The notes below the pieces were generated by a model. That model was not told the DNA's origin. It was given only the letters and a program-made list of their open reading frames with translations, and made no database searches. From Mytilus californianus (lineage: Eukaryota), in contig NW_026262712.1 of assembly GCF_021869535.1 (NCBI RefSeq), positions 70,556,001-70,620,000 on the forward strand: a DNA stretch of 64,000 nt, read 5' to 3'. A program made the translations under genes and the position numbers. Positions within the stretch are counted from its first letter, which is position 1. Each line of letters starts with the position of its first letter. Below are positions 11,177 through 22,840 of the stretch, in pieces.

Positions 11177-12751
11177 TAAGAGAGATATTGCCTTTCCCTT
11201 TTTAGTGTTCCTAGTTATGTAAAAAAGATTTGTGTCCCTTTATCTTCTAAAATGGATGAATATTTCAATGCATTCCTACTGAATTGTACGTAAACAGAGA
11301 TTGTCCCATATTGTAAATTGGTGATTCATTTTAAGAAGATGTATTCAATGCTCAGGTCATATTTAAATAACAAAGGACTTACAGGAAATATATGTACTCT
11401 TATAAACATTAAATCTTGGTCTACATATTTAATCCAGTCTACTCAAAAGCTTAAGGTTATAATTAGCAAGTATGAAATTTCACAAAAAAGTAGAAATGTT
11501 TTAAATAAAAACCATCGTAATTCGTCTATTGTTCAAAAACCTTGAGAAGTCAGGCGGAAAAATTTCCGTCAATTAATCATGATTCAGTTATGTATCATTT
11601 ATAATATAGCGTGTTGTCTTCAAATTAAAGGCTTACTGTATTCAAATATTCTTTAAACTTTTTTTTTTGTACATTTCAATGTGAAGTTTAAAGATAAAAC
11701 ATGCTGAAACAGCTGATGTTTGAAGAACATATTTACTCGTCTTTCTGTCTAATGAATACCAACTATATCTCATTATTTTTCTAGTTTCTTTCATACTTAT
11801 TTAAGCAGGTTTTTTTTTATGTCAACCACACAGCATCCCGAACAACACAATGTCGCAAAAGGTCATAGTGGTCGCCATACCACCTTCTTTTAAGATAAGT
11901 AAATGCCGAAAACGTAACGAAAATATATATCAATCTCCGAATTGCCCCTGATAAAGCATGCCGTGAACGGAAAAAACATTAACTGCCATACATTTCCCAT
12001 GAACACAAAATTTGAAATAGACGGAATACGAAGAGACAACAACTAGTGGTGACATTCCTGACTTAGGACGCAGATGTAGATGTATTTATAATACACAGCC
12101 ACACAGGGTAAGAAAGGGGACTATAAATCAGATTACTCGTGTACGGACATTGCACTTCTCTATGCACATTATTTGTAAAAATTGGATTTCCGTATTTTCA
12201 TCCCAGTCGACGTTTTTGGCAGAACCTGCTTATTGGATCTATTAATTGCTCTCGTCTTGATTATGCGTGAAGTATTTGCCGTTTGACGTTAATCAAACTG
12301 CAAACAACTAATTAAATGAATCGGTCGCTTTTCTTCGAAATGTATTTTAAGTACCGATGTTATAGTTATTCTAAGAAAACACGCAAAGTAATGCAGTAAT
12401 TACAGTAAATAAATGAAACTATCCAAATAAAGAAAAAGAAACAAATCGCGTTCCGTTTGGAAATCTTAGATTAACTTTTTTTTTGTAATGTGTTTATTGG
12501 CAAAAGCTACATATACAAATCATCATTGTAAGTAAGTCCATAGTACATCAGCAAAATTGAGACAAGTACATATAGTTGATATTTTGAATCATTTGACAAG
12601 TTTAAAAGTAATAATAATGGTAAAAAAAAGAGAACACTAACCTGGGTAGCATGGATTGGGTAGATATATTTATTACGTAAAAGTTTACTTGTATAGTCAT
12701 TCTATTAGTTGGAGCCAGGGGTTCCAGCAGGAAAACGCTCTTTGCAATGGT

Positions 12752-15700
12752 TTATTTATAAAATATTATTTTTTCAATAAACAAATTTTCTTTAAGATAA
12801 TTTTTTAAGGCTACAATATTTACTTGTCCACATTGCATTTTTGTTTTGTATGTATAATATTTAGTTAATATTATTATGAGGTTTCTTATGTAGTTTTTTT
12901 CCGTTTTTTCTAATATCCCAAATAAGACTATATCTAAATTAAGTGGTAGTTCAATTTGGACTTTTGAATATATCCATTTATTAAGTTCTTCCCAAACATC
13001 AAATAATTTTGGACATGTCCAGAATATGTGTTCTATAGTTTCTATCGAGTCCGTACAGAAATTGCATTTATTGTTTTGTGAGACTTCAATTTTGTAGAGT
13101 AATTTATTGGTTCCCAAAATTCTGTGATTAATCCTGTATTGGAGCCACTGTAATTTTGAATTTTTAGTAATGTAAAACGGCAGTCTATATACTTTATTCC
13201 AAATAATATTCTGTCTATTTAGGATTACCGACCACTTTTCCTGTGATGTGATATTTGTTATTTTTTCGTTTAAAACATTGTACATGTCTTTTGATCCTTT
13301 TGTAGATTTCAGAAATATAGCGATAGTAGTTGGTATAATTGGCCCATACAGCTTTAAAAGCTGATTACATTTAATATTAAGACTTTTCATATAGGAATTA
13401 ACTGCTGAGATTACTCCTTGAAATATAAGAAAGCTGGTATCAATATTATATGTTTTTTGAAATTCCGGCCAGTTCATTAAATGCCCATCATTATCAATTA
13501 AATCATTTATTAGCCAGACTCCCTTTTCAGTCCATTTTTTATACAGAGGGATTTGATTACCAATCTTTATTTGTTTATTATTCCAAAGATTAGATACGGT
13601 AAAATCATATTCGTTCTTAACAGCTACTTTAGTTTAGAGCTCAGTCCAAGCATTAAAAACCTCCTGCCAAAATGGATTTCTTACTTGTGTTCTTGGACCA
13701 ACATTGAGCAATTCATTTAATTAAATTTTTTCAGAACAAGTTAATAACTTGCAATAATTATTAGTCTGTTTAATTATTCTTCTTATCCAAGTTAGTTTTA
13801 ATCCTTTTATATATTGTTTTAGATTTAACATGTTAAGTCCACCCAGTTCATATATTTGAGCAATTGTTTCTCTTTTAATTTTGTCTGGTTTATCATCCCA
13901 AATAAAATAAAATAAATTTTTAATAAATTGATTAAGTAATCCATTGTTAAGATTTGGTAAAGTTAAAAATAAGTGATTGAGTTTTGAAATTAAAAGACTT
14001 TTAATTATAGTAATTTTTCCAATTGGGGATAAATATTTGTTTGACCAACTTTTCATTGTTCTTTCTATCTCTTTAAGTTTGGGTTCGTAATTTAGTGTTT
14101 CCATTTCTTGTAAGTCAACCGAATATTTAATACCCAGGAGCGTAAATCTGTTGGAACCCCACTCCAATCCCCACTTTGCACACATTGAATCTTGGCTATA
14201 TTTCTTTTTCCCAATCCAAATTACCTTTGTTTTCTCTAAATTCATCTTGAGACCAGACCATTCAGCATATAATTCTAAAACACAAAGAGATGCATCTAAG
14301 GATTCTGATGAACCATCTAAAATAAGTGTTGTGACATCAGCATATTGCGATATCAAAAATTCTGAGTCTTCAATAGTAATAATACCTTTAATATTTTCGT
14401 TTTTTCTAAGTAGTATTCCTAAAATTTCAGCACATAACAAAAAGATGTAAGGGGATAAAGAATCCCCTTGCCTGCAACCTCTCTCAATTGTAAAAAAATC
14501 TGAAAGAAAATTATTCTGTCTTACTGCTGATTTGGTATTTGTAAAAGAAGTTTTAACCCAGTTTTTTATGGAATTTCCAAAGTTGAAAAAATCAAGAACC
14601 TGTTCTATGAAAATCCAGAAGATAGAATCAAAAGCTTTTTCAAAATCAATGAGGAGGAGAATGCCTGGGATATCATTTTTTTCGGTGTAGTGTAGTAAAT
14701 CATATATCAATCTGGTATTTTCACCATTAAATCTACCAGGTATAAATCCTGTCTGATCGTTATTAATTAAGATTGATAAAACCGATTTTATCCTTTCTGC
14801 AATGCAACTTGATGCTAATTTGTAAATAGTATTTTAAAGACTGATCGGACGCCAATTTTTCATGTATTGCTTTGGTTTGTCACCACCTTTTGGTATGCAA
14901 GTTATAATACCTTGTTTTTGAGTAATAGACATTTCCCCCTGATTATAACCATATTTAATTGATCTATGTACAAATTTACCTATATCTATCCAAAAAAATT
15001 TTAGGAATTCATTTGTGTATCCATCAGATCCAGGGCTTTTTTCATTTTTCATTCGTTTAATTGCATCAGTCAACTCCATAAATGATATTTCCCCTTCTAA
15101 GGACTCTTTCATATTTCCGATAATTTTGGTACATCTTTATGGGGTATAGCATTATTCAAATTAATAGATTTTATTGTCTCATTTTTGGAATATAGATTTT
15201 TGTAATAATTTTTGGCTTCCTTTAGAATTTGTTTTTGATTTTCAATTATGTTTCCCGATTTATCAATTAATTTAGGAATTGTTTTATTTACGTAATTTTT
15301 TGTCTCTAAATTCATGAAATATGTTGATGGTTTCTCTCCTTCTTCTACCCATTGTGTTTTTGACCTTATATATTGACCCCTCAATTTATTTTGTCTTAGA
15401 ATTTTGAGATCTGATTTCTTTTTTTCAATCTGTTCCAAAATTTCATCTGTTTGGGTTATTTCTCCCAACTTGTTTATATCTTCAGCTAGCAGATATTCTA
15501 ATTTATTTGTTTCTTTCTTTTTAAATGAAGCATATGATATTGTTTTCCCCCTTATTTCAGTTAATAATGTTTCTAAAAATAATTGATCACTAATTGTGAA
15601 CTCGATATCACTAGAGTCTACTAAGTTTAGGTTTTCTCTGTTATATACAAAAGAAGCATATTGCTCTTTATTTTTATTTATAACCTCTTTAACAATACGG

Positions 15701-16489
15701 ACATAATCTGGATCATACAGAAGAGAGTTGTTAAATTTCCACAAACCCCTCCCAATACTGAAGTTATTAAGTTTTATTTGTAAAATAATAGGCGAGTGAT
15801 CTGATCTATAACTATTTTGTATCTTTAAGTCATGTATATTTGGGTAAAAGCTCTGAGAAACTAAAAAAAAATCTAGTCTGGCCTGCTTTATAGGGTTTGG
15901 TTTCCTCCAAGTATACCTTTTACTTTCTGGATATAATTCTCTAAAGGGATCAGTTAAATTATAAATTTCCTTTATATCTAGAACTTTTTCTTTGGCATTT
16001 GGATTATTTATATTTAAGTAATTAAAAGTATCAAGGTCTTGATTTTGCACTAAATTATAATCTCCCGTCACAATGACAGTCTGATTATCAAATTCCTCAA
16101 TTATTTCACCTACTTTGTCATAGAAATCAGGGCTATCACTATTTGGACCATATAATGTAATTAAAGTAACATTGTTATCTTCAATTTTAATATTCAATCC
16201 TAATAAATTACCATTTTGATCTTTTTTACTTTGTAAAATCTTATATTCAAAATTATTATTAAATAAAATGGCCACTCCTCTTTGATTTGAAGAAAAGGAA
16301 CTAAAAACACATTTTCCACCCCATTGATTCTTAACAAATTGTTCATCTTTTTCAGAAAAGTGAGTATCTTGAAGACAGTACATGTTACAATCTTTTGCTC
16401 TTAGATAGTCTAAAACATCTCTCCCTTTTTCCAATTGAATTAAGTCCTTGGCAGTTGTATGAGACAATCTGAATAAGATTATTTTTCAT
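12752..16489 (-). pseudogene. L1/Tx1 ORF2 (APE endonuclease + reverse transcriptase), disrupted
   Basis: MKNNLIQIVSYNCQGLN, YCLQDTHF, GDYN, SDHSPI (endonuclease); WRPISL, DFEKAFDS, GCRQGDSLSPYIF, QYADV (RT, normally YADD); KCNFC...ETIEHIFWTCP. Frameshifts near 16424 and 15110; stops near 14834, 13721 and 13633. Confidence 0.92.
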
Positions 16490-18528
16490 TCAGAGTATAT
16501 ATGACACATTTGGTTTGATAACATAATTTAAATATAAAATGACTGAAAAATGTCCCACACAACTGACAATAAGTAATGAATATCTAACCAATGTATGTTA
16601 TGTAGTAATGGTCTGGTCTCTGATTCAAACATGATACTAATAGTAATCCTGCTGCTATGAGTTTCTATACCTATATTTGCCAATAAAATAATAAACAAAA
16701 TAATAAAACATGGAAAAGAAAAGAAATGAAAAAAATTTGAGTAAAAAATAAATAAAAATGATAAATAAGAGTAAGTTAAAAAATACAAAATATATACCTG
16801 CAAAGGGTATAGTCACCCAGTTTAATGAAATTACCGTTTATGCTCTGCTGGAGGGGGTATTTGTAATACTTTCGATCAAAGGTTTACATTACGAAGTGTA
16901 CATTGAATTTAAAATATAACTAGATTTATGAGTAAATCAGCTGCACTCTTCACATAATTCTTTTCAAGTTTCAATTTGTTGATATTTTTTAAATATAGCA
17001 CAACTCTTGTTTCAAAATTTTTTTTTTTTTCAAATACAATGAATATTTTTTGAGTTATTTCCCTTTGATTGGTAAAAGTTAATTTGTGTTAAAATCTTTT
17101 TTTTTTTTTTTTTATTTTGATACTTCTGAAAATTGCTTCAAGCTATTTTCATTTTCAAGTTTCACCGTCAAGATGTCATTGCATATTTATGAACATCTTT
17201 GGTATAAATATTTACTCATGAAGCAGTCTATACTATGTTATCTTTGGACATTAGACCTAAAAGTAGAATATGTAAATGAAAACAATAACAAAAAATTAAA
17301 ACTACTACCTGTGTATTAGGATCAATGTATTGAAATATTGCAATGTTTGGCAATTCGTCCTATTCAAAACATGAAGTCATAGCTTAACGGACAATGCAAA
17401 TGTTAATTCTGTTTTATCTACATTTATCCATGTCTTGAGAAAATGAAAGGAATGCTTTAATTTTCAATATCAAAGTTATGAAGAACTTATCACTGTTCAT
17501 TAAGAAATTACTTCAAATATTGTTATTATACTCTATATGGTTATATCAACATTGTTTTATAGCAACCACAAATATGATTATGTATTTTGCCTCTTGCTAC
17601 ACGTGTATGTGTCTGCATGAGTGTTTTAAAATAAAGTATATTATATATTTATATGTATCAGTCATTTTGAACTGATCAATATTCTTCACATAGGATACAT
17701 GTGAGTAAGTCATGGTTTTATAGCGAAAGTTTTTGTACATCATTACATGTGTACATAAGTAAATCTATTTTCTATGGAACCTATATATCATAGAGAACAA
17801 TATAAAATCAAAAAGTTCTCCAATTTGCCATCTCAGAATCCAATGCACTGTGAGTGAAACGTACACCAAATTATTTTGATTGGTTTATGAACAATATAAC
17901 GTAACGTCATTGGCCAAAAATCCATTGCTCGTACACCAAAAATTTCAAGAATAATCATTTTACCCACAAGCCTTTGGTTTTCGAAACAGCGAATTGTCAA
18001 GTTTAATAACAAACATGCTGAAGGCAAACGTAAAGCTAATAATAAAAAAAAATTAAATAAATAAATAAAATTTTGGTTTGGATAAAAAACAAAAGCAAGA
18101 AATTGGCAAATCAAAATAAGCTAATAGCTATGATAAAAAAAACAAATAAACAAAGACACAAAAAAAGCAAAGAAAAAAAAAAAAAACAACACAAATAGCA
18201 AAAAAATGTGCACAACAAAAAAAGAAAAAAGAAATGCAAAAACATAAAACATAAAACAAGCACATTGTATACTCAACACTGTGTGTCACATTTTTACTTA
18301 CTGTTCTTTTTTTAAGCCTGAAATATATATATAATGAGAGTAATGAAAGCATGCATATACATGTGTAGATCTAACTAGCTTGTGGGAAAACACTGCAAAA
18401 ATTAAAATAAATAACAAGAGAGTGCATATATACATTGTATTCACTTGTTATTTAAGTACATCTCAAAGATAGTCAATATATTTTCAAAAAATGAATTAAG
18501 TGTAGCATGGAGGCCAAAAAAAAAAAGC

Positions 18529-19332
18529 TTAGTAAGGTAAGCAACAGAGAGCCTCCCTCCTTAGAAACAAATTATCTTTTGAGTTTGTACGAGTTTGTAG
18601 GAGAATACGGGTCCCGATAACCTTGATTCTAGTTTGCAGATGTTCCTCATTCCTAATTTTGTAAGCCATCTTTGCAAGTTCATGCCTCGATTCTTTCATG
18701 ACTGGGGGTAGATCATCAACAATGCACATTCGTTTGTCAGACAAATTGTAACCTTTAGATATGGCATACTGTTTGTCTGCATAGTGCATAAAGCGGATTA
18801 TAATAGGAGCAGGCCTTTTAGTTTGATCAGATGTTTGCCTTGACGGAATACGATGGGTGTTGGCAATCGGGAACCTATCAGCCTTTTCTTTATCGATTTT
18901 TAGGTCTTGAATGAAAAATGCTTTAAACACCTCGTATATATCTTCGTTTTCACTTTCCGGTACTCCATAAACAAGGGCGTTGTATTTACTTTCATGTTTT
19001 TCTAGCAAAACCTGTTGCTCATGCAGAATTGAATTTTTTTTTTCTAGACTTTTTCTGAAAAGATCCAACTTCTTATTTTCTACCCTGTTTAAATCTAGTT
19101 CAATTTGTTCAACACCCTTCACTAGCTCAAGATGATCCTCCCGTAATTTTTTAACCTCAAGTTTTGTGTTTATAACATCGGTTTTTACCACATCTACCTC
19201 AGATTTTATTTCTGTTACTATGCGCGTGAAACGGTCCTCTATATTATCTAACTTGTTGGATAAAGTGCCTACTTTTCCGTCTATACCGATAATAAGTTGC
19301 TTCAGTTCAGAAAAAGACTCTACGGTAGCCAT
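18529..19332 (-). CDS. L1-type ORF1 protein (coiled coil + RRM-like region), 267 aa, open
   Basis: Heptad-rich N-terminal half, then NALVYGVPE...HRIP...PAPIIIRF...IVDDLP, typical of L1-like ORF1p. Lies 5' of ORF2 inside the TSD-bounded element. Confidence 0.85.
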   Translation of the reverse strand: MATVESFSELKQLIIGIDGKVGTLSNKLDNIEDRFTRIVTEIKSEVDVVKTDVINTKLEVKKLREDHLELVKGVEQIELDLNRVENKKLDLFRKSLEKKNSILHEQQVLLEKHESKYNALVYGVPESENEDIYEVFKAFFIQDLKIDKEKADRFPIANTHRIPSRQTSDQTKRPAPIIIRFMHYADKQYAISKGYNLSDKRMCIVDDLPPVMKESRHELAKMAYKIRNEEHLQTRIKVIGTRILLQTRTNSKDNLFLRREALCCLPY

Positions 19333-19650
19333 GGTAATAAAAGAAAGAGTTATTGAGTTTTCTATGCGATGAGAGATAAGTGTCTCGTACCTTGTTATTT
19401 GTACATGTTCAAAATCCCCTCACAATAACATCACCTGCACAAACTTTGAATTAAATCATGTTCTCTATATTACGTGTGCATAAACGGTATAAAATTTTGT
19501 TGTTATTTACATGTTTTCTGGTTGAAACTATACTTTTTTTCTACTCGTCAATTTTTTCCATGGGCAGCGCCATTACAGGGGAGATAACTTTTTCCCTTTT
19601 TTTAATCTTAGATTAACTTGGCTATTCTTGTTTATGTTTTTGTTATATAG

Positions 19651-19851
19651 CTCCTAACGTTTCTACTGTATGTATACATCTCTTAACGTTTCTATTGTAT
19701 GTTTACATCTCTTAACGTTTCTACTGTATGTATACATCTCCTAACGTTTCTACTGTATGTATACATCTAACGTTTTTACTGTATGTATACATCTCCTAAC
19801 GTTTCTACTGTATGTATACATCTCCTAACGTGTCTACTGTATGTATACATC
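19651..19851. repeat. Minisatellite, 7 copies of a 29-bp unit (ctcctaacgtttctactgtatgtatacat)
   Basis: Contiguous head-to-tail units, one shortened to 26 bp, with no spacers. Confidence 0.95.
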
Positions 19852-20802
19852 CCTGTCTTACAAATGTTTAGGTTTGGGTGTTGCTATTGAATGTTAATCA
19901 AGAAAAGCGCTTCAGTCGCACACAATTTATAAAGTGTTATTTTCATTTATTGAAAGAATTAATATTTATCATAAGAAATATAAAAACAAAACTTGTAAAT
20001 AAGTTTATCTAGCAAAATGATAGAATGCTAAAAGGATGTATGTAGCTGCCTTATTGTACAAATATGTGATACACCAATCATACTTCCATCATTAGTACCT
20101 TCATAAGAAAAACAGTACAAGTTTGACGAATTCGTTAAACTAAAATCCTCGATGACAGATATGCAAGTTTTTGTCCACTGAACTCTCAGATGCTAGTGAA
20201 AAATGGCAGACAGCAAATCGTGTCAGATAGTCATGGCAATCAATAAAATGAAAATTGGCACCAGGAAAATAAACGTAGTCTCGTTTTTCATGCATCTGGA
20301 AAATTCCTTTCAAAACTCTTGTCTGATGTATTTCGTGTGTTTTTTTTTTTGTGTTTCAGATTTTGTTATGTTTCTTTCCACAAATATTTTGTTTTAATGG
20401 GAATGGATCATGCAATGACTCTGATCATGACTACATTATAATATGTAATATTTGGTTTCTCTTTTAAATAGTTTCGAACTTTGTTATTCCGGATTCTTTT
20501 ATAGTTTTGGGTTTTCTCATTGTTGATACCACATGAGTATATAGAGTAAACGGTAGTTGTTTATATCCGTGTACTTCGGTCGTTAGTCGCATTTGAGCAT
20601 TGGCGATCATATCACATCTGATCTTTAAATGTATAACAGCAAAAACAACGTATTACCTCTTAAAGTTTGTTTATTATAAAAATGAACAAATGAATTATGC
20701 AAAACAGTAAAAATATGTAGATAAGAAAAAAATTTTAAAACAAAAACAAATTATTAAATACAACAGTAAAGCTCAGAGTATAAAAAGTTTTGTCTAACAA
20801 AT

Positions 20803-22419
20803 TTAGTGGATTCTACAAGCATCAGTGCAGTATGTATTTGGTGGACATTTATTCTGGTTGCATTTGGAAACACAATATTGGTCGGCATACGGATAACGAC
20901 TTTTGAACAGCGGAGTTGCCTTGCATGTACCAATATTTTGTCCTAAAATTTGTAAAAAGCTAAATGGGCGTCCTTGTTGAACACCAATATTGGAAAACTG
21001 ACTGGTGCCAGACGATGAAATAGCTATATCTGCACATCCATAAAACTGTTCTTGTGGTCCGCAACCAATACAACATTTATGGTTGTTATCACAGTTATAT
21101 GAGTTCCCTGCAAATTAAAAAAAAATTGTATGGGTCAATTTTACATGTATAGCAATACAAAACAAAAATATACTGCAAAGAAACACCTCTCTAATAAACT
21201 GGCACAAAGTGCTTTGGTTCTAAAGCTAGTAAATATTTCAACCTGTGTAAACCGAACAACTGTCTGAAATAAAATAACTTATTCAGTCAATTAGGGTTTT
21301 ATTTCAACAGGTTTCACTGTAATTTTGACACTTTAAGAAAATACGCTGCAATAAGCTAAGCCTATTCATGTAACGTTCAGTTAAAAGTTTCATAACACAT
21401 TGAAATATTTGAAATATACAAACAAGATAGTAAAGATTGTTGTTTGCAATAATGATCAGAATGAACCGGATGCCTATAACGGATAGGAACACATTGTCGA
21501 CCTTTGCTGTATTCAATTGATTAATTAAAACAGTGAGTTAGTTACAACATAAAAATAAGAAATTGTGATATGATTGTCAATGAGATAGCCTATTCTAAGA
21601 CATTTGCTAAAATTGAATTTTTCCAAAGAAGTAATAAGAGAATGTCTTACCCGTATTCCATTTCCATTGTAAAACACACTGCTTGCATGACAACTCCCGA
21701 GGGAGAACCAAATGAACTGTATATGTACCAATTGCACCTGGTTCATAAAACTTAGTCTGACCACTAGGTTGTTGCAATAGATATCTATCCAGACATGCTT
21801 GTGTAGCTGGTTGATGTGGATTATTTACTGGACAGAGACGGAACTCAAAGTATCCAAGATGAGTAGCAGTGACTTGGACCTTAACCGCAATTGTCTGTCC
21901 TGTTTTATAGTGTCCCGTAACAATACCGTTTGCATATTTCCCTCCAGCCTCGTTATCACGAGCTTCATTCCAAGGGTCTCCACATACTCCACATTTTCCA
22001 CCATTCACTGCCCATTGCTTCTGAAAAATATAAGTACGTTTGCATGTACATTTCTTCAAATAAATAAGGCAATAAAAGATTTGATTTGATGCGGGAAAAT
22101 GAAAGAGTATTTGAATTTTAAACCAACAAGTATTGCATTATACGGTATGCTACCATACCATGATCATTAATATGTGCATGTAGTTTGTACTGATTAATTA
22201 TTTTACTTGCAATATCTGATACTAAGTATTGTATAACTTTGATATATGTAACTGGATACTTACATTGAAGCCACCACAATATAGTTGGTTATCGTTGTAA
22301 TTTTTAGGTGTACTGTATCCATAACGCCACATTGTAGATCTTCCGGGAGGAGAAACGAGTCTTCCGTGTCCCAAAACAGATGCAATTAATGTGCTCAGTA
22401 CTGTTATTTGCAGCAACAT
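20803..22419 (-). CDS. LPMO copy A: secreted AA15-type lytic polysaccharide monooxygenase (chitin-binding type-4/LPMO_10 fold) with C-terminal 6-Cys module, 276 aa
   Basis: Coding exons 22419-22264, 22020-21651 and 21107-20803 (156/370/305 bp), all GT-AG and phase-compatible with no stops. A 17-aa signal peptide precedes His1 (HGRLVSPPGRSTMWRYGY); motifs GKCGVCGDPW, TATHLGYFEFRLCP, CVLQWKW, EQFYGCADIAI. Confidence 0.93.
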
Positions 22420-22688
22420 ATTAATGTCCTGAAAAAAGAATTACTAATTATACTTAATAAATATTTTTTTCACATTTTCGGAACTTTTCTGTGCATGTTC
22501 ATTGTAAAGATAATTAACAAGTGTTGACAATGTCAAAAACTTTTTATTGGTATACAATGGTTACAGCTACTATTTTCATCTTATCACATGTAATTAGAAG
22601 TTATATTCCTATCAAATGTTTCAAAATAAGTGTAATTGTTTTGTGCACCATAGCTTGTAAAAAAGAAAAAGTATATACTTTTACTTAC

Positions 22689-22840
22689 TTGTGTTAAATG
22701 GTCGATATTGCAACGGTATTATGTTTGTATAAAATGTTCCATGTGCTTCCGTATTTATAGTAAAAGAAACGGATATTCAAGATAATCATTGAAGACTAAT
22801 TAGTTTACTTTCAGATAATTCATACTTTAATCTCTTCGAA
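22689..22840 (-). promoter_or_regulatory. Putative promoter and non-coding first exon of LPMO A
   Basis: Minus strand: cgaagagattaaag...TTATCTgaaaGTAAACT...TATAAATA (22759-22752), then ggaagcacatgg...tatacaaaca and a GTAAGT donor at 22688. The same module lies upstream of B and D. Confidence 0.7.

Larger units (their letters stand above)
12476..19603 (-). mobile_element. Full-length L1/Tx1-clade non-LTR retrotransposon of about 7.1 kb, inactivated
   Basis: Target-site duplication aatcttagattaac(tt) at 12462-12475 and 19604-19617. On the minus strand AATAAA plus an A-tail ends at about 12476. Contains ORF1, a spacer of about 2 kb, and ORF2 (APE endonuclease, RT, C-terminal Cys/His motif). Confidence 0.93.

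Noticed and set aside
18529-19332. Open ORF1 beside a broken ORF2 as a sign of domestication
   Set aside because: ORF2 has about five disruptions in 3.7 kb, so about one is expected in 0.8 kb; finding none is unremarkable.
19651-19851. 29-bp repeat array resembling a CRISPR repeat in length
   Set aside because: Units are contiguous with no unique spacers, there are no cas genes, and the context is eukaryotic; it is a minisatellite.
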